In this document: piece after piece, positions 25,351-35,037 of the stretch | Layout of the letters: each line of letters starts with the position of its first letter | How positions within the stretch are numbered: the stretch's first letter is position 1 | DNA from: Enterobacteria phage vB_EcoS_IME18 | Sequence record: MH051911 | Strand: one strand, 5' to 3' | Length of the DNA: 50,354 nt | Program-made: the position numbers and the translations under genes | The notes under the pieces: model-generated | What the model saw: the letters and a program-made list of their open reading frames with translations, nothing else | What the model was told of the DNA's origin: nothing | Database searches by the model: none

Positions 25351-26063
25351 CATACTTTCCTTACCTTTGCTCGTTTGTTTTTCACCGAAGGGCAAATGCT
25401 TGTGATTGGGATGTAGTGAGTCTGTTGCACCTCACCTTCTTTAAGTTCGCGCATAATAAAAATTACCGAACCTTTGTTATTGCCGTCTACGGCCTTTCCA
25501 GTTTCACCGGATATGAAAGCCAGGCGACCAGATCTGGCGTACTCGTTACCGTCGATATCTTCAGTCAAGTCAGCTTCAATCCAGATAATCTCAGCCGCAT
25601 TCTGTCGCGCCTCAGTAAACCACGCTGTGGAATTATCGGCAGGCAACAGAATATCAATCTGATTGTTGTGCTCCATTTGCTCGATCGCCTTCTTGACGAA
25701 TATATCAGGTCGACTATAAGGAGGATTTAACCATACGTGCTTATTCTTACCCCACCAACGTTTTAAGCAGTTTGTTTCTTGTGAGTAGAACTTATCGCAA
25801 ACTTTATTTTCTTCGCTTGCCGCAGCGTCGAGATCATATTTTCCGTAGCGCCCCTCAAGGTATGCAATAACCTCTCGCGGAGTTGACCATAAATCACGAA
25901 CAGCGTCAGGGGTATTCGTCCCCTTGTATCGACGCCCTGAAATCTCTTTGCAGGTTGGCGTTTTCAATGCCTGATAATAACCGCCTGATGCTATTGCTTC
26001 GCGAGTGAATGAGCAACCAGTTTCTGCAAAGTCGATAGTTTCGATATCATTAAAGTCTTTCAT
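25350..26063 (-). CDS. dam: DNA N6-adenine methyltransferase (phage Dam-type)
   Basis: NPPY catalytic motif (WLNPPYS); SD GAGAGGAA. Confidence 0.75.
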   Translation of the reverse strand: MKDFNDIETIDFAETGCSFTREAIASGGYYQALKTPTCKEISGRRYKGTNTPDAVRDLWSTPREVIAYLEGRYGKYDLDAAASEENKVCDKFYSQETNCLKRWWGKNKHVWLNPPYSRPDIFVKKAIEQMEHNNQIDILLPADNSTAWFTEARQNAAEIIWIEADLTEDIDGNEYARSGRLAFISGETGKAVDGNNKGSVIFIMRELKEGEVQQTHYIPITSICPSVKNKRAKVRKV

Positions 26064-26118
26064 TTTTATTCCTCTCGTTTTGGTGAGATAATAATGCCAG
26101 ATTCCATCCCGGCAGTTT

Positions 26119-26133
26119 TAACAAAAAGTGCTA
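26119..26133 (-). promoter_or_regulatory. palindromic box (promoter-associated)
   Basis: TAACAAAAAGTGCTA; CATTAT/TATTAT about 22-25 nt downstream on minus strand; upstream of dam. Confidence 0.5.
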
Positions 26134-26547
26134 TTTCATCATTTCGTAAATTGCGATCTTGAATTGCCCGAATCCGTATGCGACGGCAGAGAAGCCACCA
26201 CGCTCCCGGACCTTTCGGAGAAATTCCCTTTGCTTGTCGCTGACTGGTGACGCCTTTCCTTTGCCTGACTTATTAACCCGCTTGAGTTCTATTGCTGCAA
26301 ACGGGTATCGTGAGTTAACACCAATCAGGATAACGAAGTCTGACACTCCTTTAAGTAATCCGGCCTGCTCATCCCTGAGCGCCGATGTGATTGTTTTTTC
26401 ACCTTCATTGACAGTGTGCCAAAATAGAAGGTGAGGAAAATTGTATTTCAGCCAGGACACACAATCCACCTGATGAGCGTCCTCCTTTCGAGTGTCGCTG
26501 GGATCTCGCTCGTAAAACTCTAAATAATCACCTTTGTCTGTAATCAT
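26131..26547 (-). CDS. VRR-NUC domain nuclease
   Basis: PD-(D/E)XK-type segment GVSDFVILIG...AIELKR typical of VRR-NUC; ATGA overlap with helicase stop. Confidence 0.65.
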   Translation of the reverse strand: MITDKGDYLEFYERDPSDTRKEDAHQVDCVSWLKYNFPHLLFWHTVNEGEKTITSALRDEQAGLLKGVSDFVILIGVNSRYPFAAIELKRVNKSGKGKASPVSDKQREFLRKVRERGGFSAVAYGFGQFKIAIYEMMK

Positions 26548-28562
26548 TCCGGGATATCCTCCATACCGAAGTCTTTACGTGAAATAATATCTTCTTTCTT
26601 CTGGTTGCGACGATGAGTTACGCGCACCGGGTGAGCAATATGATGTGAGTATTGCAAAATCTTGATGGCGTTCTTCATTCCGATAAAGTAGCGACGCATT
26701 TTAGGATCTGACACATGAGGTAATACACCTTTCGTTTTCCATAGCGTACCGCAAATCTTAGAGTCTGACTCAGGGAAGAATTTTTCATACGCCTTGAACT
26801 CATCACCTTCATCATTAATCAGCGTGTATTTGTATATCACGCCCTTTTGGTTTTTGGTTAGCGTAACCTCAAAATTCTTGACCTCGTACCAGTCATTCTT
26901 GGTGTACGCTTTGCCGGACAACTTCAGGTTCGGATCGACAAGTGAAACATCACAGCAACGACAGACTCGCGCAACAACATCATTCTCTGCACCACACCCT
27001 TTAACAAGGATTTTTCCTGTACGCTCATCAACCTGGTCCTCGCAAATCTGAGAAGTCCAGAAGTGATCGCAGCGCTCGCCGTCGATAACGTTAACGCATC
27101 TGCGAGCATAGAAGCTATTTACGCAACCGCATTTCGGACATGTTTTCGGATCTTTGCCGTTTTCGAAACGCTTTTGGAATTGTGCCTGCTCAAGTATCGG
27201 ATCGAAATAAAGCTGACCCAACTCATCCATCGTACCTGCGAAATCCCATACCAGATGGTCCTGCTTAACCATTCCCTCAGCAACCTGCCAGGATTTAAGC
27301 AGACGCATACCCCTACCCAAAAGTTGAATCAACAGTGTGAGCGACCCTATCTTGCGGAGTATGACACTGAAATCCCAATTTGGAACGTTAACGCCAGTAG
27401 TGAGCGCCATTACCTGAAAGGTGTATTTAATTTTTCCGGCCCTTACATCGTCCAGAATCTTTTTGCGCGCTTTGTTGTCTGTGTCGCCAGTAATAATTGC
27501 ATAGGTGCTTCCCGGAGGAAGTGCTGCCGCTGCCTCTTTGCAGTGGCGCACACCAGCACATGTAATCAGAACCGCGTTACGCTCTTCGGCCTTTTTGGCG
27601 ACCATTTGCATGATTCGCTGAGTCAGAGATTTATCATGAAGGATCTCATCTTCCATAGCCTTCATATCTTTCTCTGTAAAGTCCTGCACTCCGTCCTCGC
27701 TCGACGCCTTGAACTTATCCAGATCGTAATGAACTCCGTCTGTTGATCCGAATATAGTCGGAACGACAGAGCCGAACTCAATCAGATAGTTTGTGTCGAT
27801 ATCGGTTACTCGCTCACGCCAGAATCCCAGCGCTTTAGGATTCTCTACCAGAATAGGAACTACGCCACGAAATTCAGATCCCGTCATACCAAATATTCTG
27901 AGATCGTGACCGTGAACCTTTTTACAGCGCCGCATCATTTCCACGATTACGATCGTGTACTGACTACGCTTAGTTCCAAGCAAAGGTTTTCCATCATTAC
28001 CAATCAGGGGAATATCTCCGTCCATGATAATTTTCCCTTTCTCGCCCCTCATCTGTTCCATTGTTTCCTTGCCCTCGATGGCTTGCGCAAGGTCTTCCCA
28101 ATCCACCTGATGACATTCATCGATCCCGATTACGTGCGGGACAAAATCAGCCAACTCATTGTTTAAGCCATTTGCAACAGTACCCTCTGAGCCTACCACG
28201 ATAGGAAAATAGCAGGACTTAATACCTAATGAGGCTGAGAAGATGGAGTTAGTTACCCCGAAGTTGTCAATCTCCTCGCTATCCTGATCGACAATCTCAC
28301 CCTGACGAGCCAGAACGAGCATTTTTAATCCCATTTTCTGACACTGCTTTGCAACCATAGCAAAAATGATGGTTTTACCCGCAGATACTGACGCTTTAAC
28401 AAAGAATGGATGCTCGTAATTTGACAGGCGTTTCGCGATCTCAGCATAAGCAACAACCTGGTACGGATAAGGAACAACCTCACCGACAGTGAATCGCTCC
28501 TGAGTTCGCTTTATGTAGTCCTCGCCAAGTAATGCAATCTGTTTTTTAATGTTCATTGTCAC
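26544..28562 (-). CDS. SF2 ATP-dependent DNA helicase (DEAH-type) with C-terminal Cys-rich region
   Basis: Walker A SAGKT, DECH box (IGIDECHQV), C-terminal CxxC clusters; 672 aa. Confidence 0.75.
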   Translation of the reverse strand: MTMNIKKQIALLGEDYIKRTQERFTVGEVVPYPYQVVAYAEIAKRLSNYEHPFFVKASVSAGKTIIFAMVAKQCQKMGLKMLVLARQGEIVDQDSEEIDNFGVTNSIFSASLGIKSCYFPIVVGSEGTVANGLNNELADFVPHVIGIDECHQVDWEDLAQAIEGKETMEQMRGEKGKIIMDGDIPLIGNDGKPLLGTKRSQYTIVIVEMMRRCKKVHGHDLRIFGMTGSEFRGVVPILVENPKALGFWRERVTDIDTNYLIEFGSVVPTIFGSTDGVHYDLDKFKASSEDGVQDFTEKDMKAMEDEILHDKSLTQRIMQMVAKKAEERNAVLITCAGVRHCKEAAAALPPGSTYAIITGDTDNKARKKILDDVRAGKIKYTFQVMALTTGVNVPNWDFSVILRKIGSLTLLIQLLGRGMRLLKSWQVAEGMVKQDHLVWDFAGTMDELGQLYFDPILEQAQFQKRFENGKDPKTCPKCGCVNSFYARRCVNVIDGERCDHFWTSQICEDQVDERTGKILVKGCGAENDVVARVCRCCDVSLVDPNLKLSGKAYTKNDWYEVKNFEVTLTKNQKGVIYKYTLINDEGDEFKAYEKFFPESDSKICGTLWKTKGVLPHVSDPKMRRYFIGMKNAIKILQYSHHIAHPVRVTHRRNQKKEDIISRKDFGMEDIPE

Positions 28563-28575
28563 GGCTATTAATCCT

Positions 28576-28604
28576 TTGAATCGTTGTAGCGTTTACGCTA
28601 TAAT
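28576..28604 (+). promoter_or_regulatory. sigma70-type promoter (-35 TTGAAT, 17-bp spacer, -10 TATAAT)
   Basis: TTGAAT 28576-28581 and TATAAT 28599-28604; upstream of HTH gene 28656; its -10 overlaps the -10 of the divergent box promoter. Confidence 0.55.
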
Positions 28605-28627
28605 ACACGGCATACAGTAAACGTTTT

Positions 28628-28642
28628 TAGCAAAAAGTGCTA
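28628..28642 (-). promoter_or_regulatory. palindromic box (promoter-associated, divergent)
   Basis: TAGCAAAAAGTGCTA; on minus strand TATTAT 22 nt downstream, upstream of helicase; also sits about 10 bp from RBS of plus gene 28656. Confidence 0.55.
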
Positions 28643-28655
28643 TAGGAGAATTAAG

Positions 28656-29108
28656 ATGAGTATTCAACGCATCGCGGAGTCAACTGGTGAAATCGATAAA
28701 CGTCACATCAATGGTAACAACGGAACTCGACGCGGTAAAGACAAAAAGCCACGACAGCGCTGCGGGTTCTATATTCATAAGGAAGAAACACGCGCCGGAT
28801 TGCGAGCACGACTTGATGCGCTTATCGAATATTATGGTGGCCCTGCGGCATGCGCAAAGGCACTAAAAGTAACAAATCAGACGGTGCAAGGCTGGAAAGA
28901 ACGCAACATGATTTCGTGGCAAGGCGCTGAGGCTGCACATCGCGCTTACCGCCGACAGGGGTGTAAAGGATACCGCGCATCATGGCTGAGATTCGACCTC
29001 AAGTTTGATGGTAACGGCAAGTGCCTTGAGAAGCGATGCAAGAACAAGAAATTCATGCGGGTTGTGAAGAAGGAAGATATCGGAACGACCAATAGCATTT
29101 TTAGTTAA
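28656..29108 (+). CDS. putative HTH DNA-binding regulator (Cro/YdaS-like)
   Basis: Segment GGPAACAKALKVTNQTVQGWKERNMISWQGAEAAH resembles Cro-type HTH; SD AGGAG. Confidence 0.5.
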   Translation: MSIQRIAESTGEIDKRHINGNNGTRRGKDKKPRQRCGFYIHKEETRAGLRARLDALIEYYGGPAACAKALKVTNQTVQGWKERNMISWQGAEAAHRAYRRQGCKGYRASWLRFDLKFDGNGKCLEKRCKNKKFMRVVKKEDIGTTNSIFS

Positions 29109-29169
29109 AACAAACTACGCGTAGCGGGTTAACATCCTTCTACGCGTTTTTTATTTTGGAGATCTGGAA

Positions 29170-30105
29170 GTGAACGAAGAATTTATGATGTTTCAGAAAG
29201 AGGACGTTTTACCGTACATGAAGGGGTTATGGCGCGAGGCTTTCCAATCAATCTGCGGATTGCCGAATGATGTTTTTAATAAGAAGCACCAACCCTGCCC
29301 AAACTGCGGCGGTAAAGACCGATTTCGCTGGACTGACAATCTTAACACTCCAGGCGACGGCGGCGCGATCTGTAACTCATGCGGCAACGACTCAGGGATC
29401 GGTTGGTTGATGAAGTTAACTGGTATGCCGTATAGCGAATGCATAAACATCCTGGGGAGATTTCTCGGAAAGGTTCCGCAGGAATACATTGTCAAGGCCA
29501 ATAAAAAAGCGCGAAGAACTCCGGTGTCTGGCGTCAATGTTATGATGGCAGACCATGAAGCAGTGATGAAAGTTATGGAGCGCACAGAGAAGCGCGTAAA
29601 CACGCCTCTAAGCATGTTTGAGTCGCTACCAACTGAATCATTCGACGTTGGCGTAAAACGTCGAGAGGATGGCGGTGAATCGGTATTTCACACTATCCCG
29701 TGTCAACTTGTGCATGAGGACGGGCTTGATGACGAGTTTTGCAATATTTTGATTATTGATGAGGAAGGAAGGGAGTCATTTTACGCGAAGAAATACACGA
29801 GTTGCTCGGTTGCCGTGACTGGTAAAACAGAAAAGGCGATCTACTTATGCCTGAACTGGATTGATGCTCAGCATATTGCATTTCATACAAAGCAAGAAGT
29901 ATGGGCCTGCTTCACTCCTGAAAATATCGAAATGGTTGCGTACAGGTATAAAGGTGATCGAGAAGTAAGGGTGGCGTGCGAACCTTCAGACAAGGATACC
30001 TTGTACATGGCAGACGACCGACAATTAAAAATAATCATCCCGAATCTTGGAGGGTACCGTTCAGGAATGCAATCCAAATTATTCTCAGCAAGCGATCTAC
30101 TCTAA
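29170..30105 (+). CDS. DNA primase (zinc-ribbon type)
   Basis: CPNCGG...CNSCGN zinc-binding primase N-terminal motif; 311 aa; followed by terminator. Confidence 0.6.
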   Translation: MNEEFMMFQKEDVLPYMKGLWREAFQSICGLPNDVFNKKHQPCPNCGGKDRFRWTDNLNTPGDGGAICNSCGNDSGIGWLMKLTGMPYSECINILGRFLGKVPQEYIVKANKKARRTPVSGVNVMMADHEAVMKVMERTEKRVNTPLSMFESLPTESFDVGVKRREDGGESVFHTIPCQLVHEDGLDDEFCNILIIDEEGRESFYAKKYTSCSVAVTGKTEKAIYLCLNWIDAQHIAFHTKQEVWACFTPENIEMVAYRYKGDREVRVACEPSDKDTLYMADDRQLKIIIPNLGGYRSGMQSKLFSASDLL

Positions 30106-30128
30106 CCGCCTTCGGGCGGTTTTTTGTT
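30104..30128 (+). terminator. intrinsic terminator after primase gene
   Basis: Stem AACCGCC/GGCGGTT, loop TTCG, T-run TTTTTTGTT. Confidence 0.7.
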
Positions 30129-30169
30129 GGCCATTGCAAGACTCATAGCACAATGATAAAATCAGTGCT

Positions 30170-30184
30170 TAGCAATTCGTGCTA
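30170..30184 (-). promoter_or_regulatory. palindromic box adjacent to tail fibre RBS
   Basis: TAGCAATTCGTGCTA about 20 bp upstream of tail fibre ATG; oriented opposite to that gene; a degenerate forward copy lies at 30146-30160. Confidence 0.4.
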
Positions 30185-30205
30185 TTTACTTAAGGAGTTT
30201 ATACT

Positions 30206-32230
30206 ATGGCTTTATATAGACGCGGTACAGCATCAATGGATGCAGACGGAACGGTTCACGGAACCGACACAAAATGGAAAGACCAACTTGCTCTGATTCG
30301 AGTCGGTGCAACTATCGTATTCCTGGAGCAACCGATCAAGCTGGCGGTAATCAGCGACATCGTGAGCGACACAGAGTTAAAGGCTATCTCTACGGATGGT
30401 CAGACTGCCGCTGACGGAAAGTATGTGATCCTGCTTAACGACTCATTGACCGTTAACGGGCTTGCGCAAAACGTCGCTGAGACGCTTCGATACTATCAAA
30501 GCAAAGAGACTGAGATTGCTGGAGCATTGGATATTATTGCCGATCTTGATATGGATAACCTTAACCGCATCGTTGAAGAAATTAAGGCGAACAAATCAGC
30601 CGCTGAATCTGCACAGAATCAAGCGGAACTTGCTCGCGACTCAGCGAATGCAGCACGCGACGAAGCTAACGCCACTAAAGGTCAGGTACAGCAAATTGTT
30701 GACGGGGCGGTCGGTAGCATCAATTCAGCAAAAGACCAGGCTGTAACAGCTGTTAACTCCACGAAAGATTCAGCAGTAACCACAATCAATCAGGAAGAAG
30801 CTAGCGCGATCTCTGCTATCAACGCGGCGAAGGGAGATTTATCAGGTTACGTTAATGACGCTCAAGCGGCTGCTTCTACTGCAACATCTGCTAAAAACGA
30901 CGCTCAGAATGCAAGAAATCAAGCAGTAAGCGCAAAAGATGCAGCGGCGGCGTCTGCTCAGGAAGCTAAGGATGCAGCAAGTAGTGTTAATGCCTCAAAC
31001 CTGTTAACAAAAGATGGAAATCTTTCTGGATTAACAAATACACAAGCAGCAAGGAATAACTTGCAGGTTTTATATGCATCAAATTCTAATTTGGGATCTA
31101 CCGATCTTAACACGCTTAACAGCACTAAGGAGGGTAGGTACTATCAAACAACATCGGCTAATGCTACATCAGAGCGTAACTACCCATTTCAGGAGGCTGG
31201 TTGTCTTACAGTATTTAAAACGGGCGCTGGAAGCGTAGAGGCGTGTATACAGGAGTACACCACGTTTTCAAGCATGCGTAGATTCGTTAGATCTCTTGCT
31301 GGGACGGTATGGAAGGAGTGGAAGGAGATCTACCTGCAAGGGTCATTCCCGACTTACGGCGATATTAACGCTAAAGGCCGCGTGAGATCTGAGAAGGAGT
31401 ACCCTTCGTTCGAGTGGGTAACGACGAAAGTCGGAGACGATTTCATTGGCAAACGAGTCAGCATAGAGAATGACTCTGGTGTTAATATGTTCATGTTCTT
31501 CATGCAGAAAGAGACAACAGCAAATAGACGTGTCGTATCGTTCGCAAGACCTAACTCTACCGTATTCCACTTCGTCGGCTACAACGGTGGACTGCCTACA
31601 GATGGCAACAGTGCGCCATCAAATAACATAAACTTTAACACTCAGCCACAAGGCTGGAGGTTGGTATCAGGTGGGTGGCAAAATGCTCCTCTTGCTGGTA
31701 ATAGCTACGGGACTTTATTCACGCAGTGTATGCAAGGTGTTGCGCAGGGTGATTCGAAAAACACGGGTGATTCAGGATTATGGTATTCGCAGCGATATAC
31801 TAACACCGAATCACGCATGTTTATCAGAAATCAAACTAACAACGCAAACTGGTCCAACTGGTTCGAGTTCACTAAAACAGCGGTATCAGACGAACGCCTG
31901 AAGAATGTAAAAGGTAATTTGAATGTTGAAGGTGCGCTTGATAACATCAATCGCATGGAGTTTAAAGTATTCTCATTTAAGGACGATAAAAAAGGGAAGG
32001 GATATAGACGCGGTGTTATCTCTCAGCAGATTCGACAGATTGACAAAGAGTATACAAAGGAGATAGGCGGTTACTATCATCTAGATCAAACACCTATGCT
32101 TCTTGATGGATTGGCGGCAATAAAGGCACTTCGCGCTCGTGACGAAGAGAGCAAAAAAAGAATTTCAGATCTTGAATCAAGAATTTCCTCACTTGAGGAT
32201 ATGATCAAAAAACTAATAGAAAACAAGTAA
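30206..32230 (+). CDS. tail fibre protein with C-terminal intramolecular chaperone domain
   Basis: 674 aa; N-terminal coiled/Ala-rich region; C-terminal SDERLKNVKG motif typical of autoproteolytic chaperone domains; SD TAAGGAG. Confidence 0.65.
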   Translation: MALYRRGTASMDADGTVHGTDTKWKDQLALIRVGATIVFLEQPIKLAVISDIVSDTELKAISTDGQTAADGKYVILLNDSLTVNGLAQNVAETLRYYQSKETEIAGALDIIADLDMDNLNRIVEEIKANKSAAESAQNQAELARDSANAARDEANATKGQVQQIVDGAVGSINSAKDQAVTAVNSTKDSAVTTINQEEASAISAINAAKGDLSGYVNDAQAAASTATSAKNDAQNARNQAVSAKDAAAASAQEAKDAASSVNASNLLTKDGNLSGLTNTQAARNNLQVLYASNSNLGSTDLNTLNSTKEGRYYQTTSANATSERNYPFQEAGCLTVFKTGAGSVEACIQEYTTFSSMRRFVRSLAGTVWKEWKEIYLQGSFPTYGDINAKGRVRSEKEYPSFEWVTTKVGDDFIGKRVSIENDSGVNMFMFFMQKETTANRRVVSFARPNSTVFHFVGYNGGLPTDGNSAPSNNINFNTQPQGWRLVSGGWQNAPLAGNSYGTLFTQCMQGVAQGDSKNTGDSGLWYSQRYTNTESRMFIRNQTNNANWSNWFEFTKTAVSDERLKNVKGNLNVEGALDNINRMEFKVFSFKDDKKGKGYRRGVISQQIRQIDKEYTKEIGGYYHLDQTPMLLDGLAAIKALRARDEESKKRISDLESRISSLEDMIKKLIENK

Positions 32231-32260
32231 AAATAAGCCCCGCAATGCGGGGCTTTTTAT
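32231..32260. terminator. bidirectional intrinsic terminator between tail fibre and ssb
   Basis: Stem AAGCCCCGC/GCGGGGCTT, loop AAT, flanked by A-run and T-run. Confidence 0.75.
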
Positions 32261-32676
32261 TAGAACGGGATATCATCATCAAATGTTGACTGAGGATTTG
32301 GCTGTGGCTGTGATTGCGTTCGCTGTTGTTGCTGAGGTGCTCGTTGTTGCTGGTTGCTTTGTCCTCTCTGACTGAATACCAGCTTAGGAAAATCAGCAGC
32401 CTGCAATGAATTGTAAATAGTTCCGTTGTGCTCACGTGATGAGATCTTCAACGTCTCGCACGATACTGAGATCACTCTACCAACCTGGAACGCATCACGA
32501 TACCAGTCAGCAAGTCCGGGCTTTCCACCGTCACTAAAAAAGAACGTGTAGTTTGTGTATTCGCGATCGCCATCGCGCGGTTTGTAGCTTTCTGCCAGTT
32601 CGATGATGTAAGTATTGCCGCCGTTACGTTCCAGAATCTTCGGTTCTTTGCGGATCTCTCCAGTGATAATATGCAT
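32260..32676 (-). CDS. ssb: single-stranded DNA-binding protein
   Basis: OB-fold-like N-terminus, Gln/Pro-rich linker, canonical acidic tail DDDIPF. Confidence 0.85.
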   Translation of the reverse strand: MHIITGEIRKEPKILERNGGNTYIIELAESYKPRDGDREYTNYTFFFSDGGKPGLADWYRDAFQVGRVISVSCETLKISSREHNGTIYNSLQAADFPKLVFSQRGQSNQQQRAPQQQQRTQSQPQPNPQSTFDDDIPF

Positions 32677-32723
32677 GATTTTCTCTCCTAAAATTTATGG
32701 GCGACCGAAGCCGCCCGAAATGA

Positions 32724-33371
32724 TTATTCGAAGTTGGTTATTGATTGAGATTGTACAGGTTTCGCGCTCGTTGCTTCAACCTGTTTTTTCTGTTCCGGCT
32801 GAGCCGGGCGAATGCCGCGAGCTTTTCCGATCTCAAACTTAGCCTTAAGTGCGTTGTAGTGATCCTGAATGATTGACTTGCTCGCCGTGTCCGTCTGTCG
32901 GTAAGCGTTGGCCCACACCTCTTTCAGTGATTCGATATCTTCACACGCATCAAGTTCTTTTTTCCAGTCCTTGACTGATTTCACCGCAAGCTGAGCGTCG
33001 TCATCACTCTGACTAATCCCCAGCGCCGCAGCGAGTGAGTAACGTCGCGCATAAGTCATCGCTGAGCCTACACCTTGAGGATCGCGTTTTGCAATCGGCA
33101 TCATCATGAAGAATTTGGCCCACTGCCCGGATTTGTGAATCAGCATAGTTTCAAGGTGGAAGGTCGTTTCCGTGCTTGTATCCAGCATTGATTGCAGGAT
33201 CATGATATCGTTGTCGGTTAGAGCCGGACTAACCGCTGCCATCATTGCGTCAAGAGTTGCGTATGAGTTTTTCAGGTGATTGTTTTTAGCGTCCTTCTTT
33301 GCTTTCGCGAATTTGTTGCGAGCATTAAACAGCGCCGGGAGGATTTCGTTGGTTTCTGGTGATAATTGCAT
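32724..33371 (-). CDS. ERF-family single-strand annealing protein
   Basis: Start reassigned to ATG 33369-33371 (SD AGGAGA); motif GSAMTYARRYSL typical of ERF. Confidence 0.7.
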   Translation of the reverse strand: MQLSPETNEILPALFNARNKFAKAKKDAKNNHLKNSYATLDAMMAAVSPALTDNDIMILQSMLDTSTETTFHLETMLIHKSGQWAKFFMMMPIAKRDPQGVGSAMTYARRYSLAAALGISQSDDDAQLAVKSVKDWKKELDACEDIESLKEVWANAYRQTDTASKSIIQDHYNALKAKFEIGKARGIRPAQPEQKKQVEATSAKPVQSQSITNFE

Positions 33372-33445
33372 TTTAACTTCTCCTGATTGGTTTATGAGGT
33401 GCATTATAACACCTCATTAGTTACTTGTTTAGCTATTTGTGCCGT

Positions 33446-34510
33446 TTACTTGTTTTGGTATCGTACCCATGAAGGCGTTTCAAGTTCAATCTCGCTTGCG
33501 TCGCCAGCGTACCCAGGCCAAACATCCATTTCAGAGCAAGCCTTGTAAGTGTGGACTACGCTAATGTACTGGTTACGACCGATCCTGATTTGCTCCATAG
33601 TCATACGGTAAGCCAGTGCGATATAAGGCTCTTTTTTCTCCTGCGCCAGCAATCGAACTACGATCGGGATATCTTCCGGGAAGTTGCCTTCAAAAGCGCC
33701 AGCCTGGATTGCGCGTCGTAGCAGATCATGCTGCAAGGCCATTTTCAGATAATACCCGTGATTGTATGCCAGTCTAGGGAACTCTAACGGGTTGGCGCTC
33801 ATTGTTGTTTTGAAGTCAGTGATAATCAGTGCTTCAGGAAAAATAACATCTTCGAATACAGGATCGCCATTCTCATCATAACCAGTCAGGACACGACCTG
33901 GAACATTCTCCTTGTAATCAAGATGGTCAAGTCGAACCTTAACCTTGACGCCGGATATCTCACCGAAGATTGAAATCTCACGCTGAGCCGTTTCGCTGTT
34001 AATGCACGCTTCGTGATCCGGGTTTTGCTCAAGTATAGCTCTCATCTTCATGCAGGCGTCGTATTTATCAGCGTCAACGAGTTTCTTTCCTTCAGCGCGC
34101 GCCTCAGCTTCTGCGATCAGTTCAGTCAGGTATTGAACGTTGAGTTCTTCACCACAATCAACCATCATTTTGATGAGGTCAGGGTACTGTTTACCGGATG
34201 TACCTTTCAGGCCAAAAGATTTTAACTTTGCCGCCAGCGCCGTTTGAGAAGTAATGAGATCTTTAAACTCTGATGGAGCAGGACAACGCGCATACGATGC
34301 AGTAAACAGATCTCGGCTCTCAAAGTTGGTATGCGACTGAGTACCGAACTCAAGCGCTTTCGTTGTCTCATTCTTCTTGAATCGCCAGTTAGCCGGGCAA
34401 GTTTGATAGATTTCTGCAAGGCTCGATCCGCTTACATACTCTGCCGCCCAACCTTCGTTGCTATGATACTCGTCGTTAGAAAGCTGGCTTGATGTGAATA
34501 CCTGGAACAT
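33446..34510 (-). CDS. PD-(D/E)XK recombination exonuclease
   Basis: 354 aa; motif IITDFKTT consistent with D-E-K nuclease core; SD AAGGAG; upstream of ERF and SSB. Confidence 0.6.
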   Translation of the reverse strand: MFQVFTSSQLSNDEYHSNEGWAAEYVSGSSLAEIYQTCPANWRFKKNETTKALEFGTQSHTNFESRDLFTASYARCPAPSEFKDLITSQTALAAKLKSFGLKGTSGKQYPDLIKMMVDCGEELNVQYLTELIAEAEARAEGKKLVDADKYDACMKMRAILEQNPDHEACINSETAQREISIFGEISGVKVKVRLDHLDYKENVPGRVLTGYDENGDPVFEDVIFPEALIITDFKTTMSANPLEFPRLAYNHGYYLKMALQHDLLRRAIQAGAFEGNFPEDIPIVVRLLAQEKKEPYIALAYRMTMEQIRIGRNQYISVVHTYKACSEMDVWPGYAGDASEIELETPSWVRYQNK

Positions 34511-35037
34511 TGCGTTTATCTCCTTCGTTTACGATGAATCCATTATAGCCATTAACAGCGTTTAGTCAATCGAATACATGTAATTGGTGTGTAATTGCGT
34601 GTCTATATTGCTCAAGTTACAACCAGCATCAGCAGAATCAATGTCTTAAGTCGATTTTTATGCGATGTCTATTGCGTAACACTTGTAACCGCTTTTTCTT
34701 AGAAATACACAGATATCCATGAATAGAATCCCGATCGATTAAATTTTGAACATATATGATAGAAATTTGACGAATCAATCAAATCACCTGTTACACGATA
34801 GACAACTGTTACACAACAATAATTATATATATAAAGCTAAAATTAAATATTATCTATCTATATATATTATATAGAGTTTTTATCATATCTCCCTGCGGTC
34901 GGATGGGATCGATTTTGTAACGCCATCTCAAGTTACAAAAATAGACACCTGTTACACGAAAAAAATTGTAATCGAGCTATTGCAATAAAAGTAAACGCGA
35001 CATACAATGCAATCACACTAACGACGAGGACATGCAA
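34511..35037. promoter_or_regulatory. second AT-rich divergent control region, partly homologous to 15208..15894
   Basis: No ORF; shares exact 18-bp CTATATATATTATATAGA and a GACAACT(G/A)T(T/A)ACACAAC segment with region 1; repeated CACCTGTTACACGA and CTCAAGTTACAA. Confidence 0.5.
34980..35008 (+). promoter_or_regulatory. sigma70-type promoter for lipoprotein gene (-35 TTGCAA, 17 bp, -10 TACAAT)
   Basis: TTGCAA 34980-34985 and TACAAT 35003-35008, about 30 bp upstream of ATG 35038. Confidence 0.5.

Noticed and set aside
30146-30160. Degenerate forward box with TATTTA hexamer as promoter for the tail fibre gene
   Set aside because: The predicted start would fall inside the tail fibre SD, leaving no usable leader; more likely part of a composite operator with the reverse box at 30170..30184.
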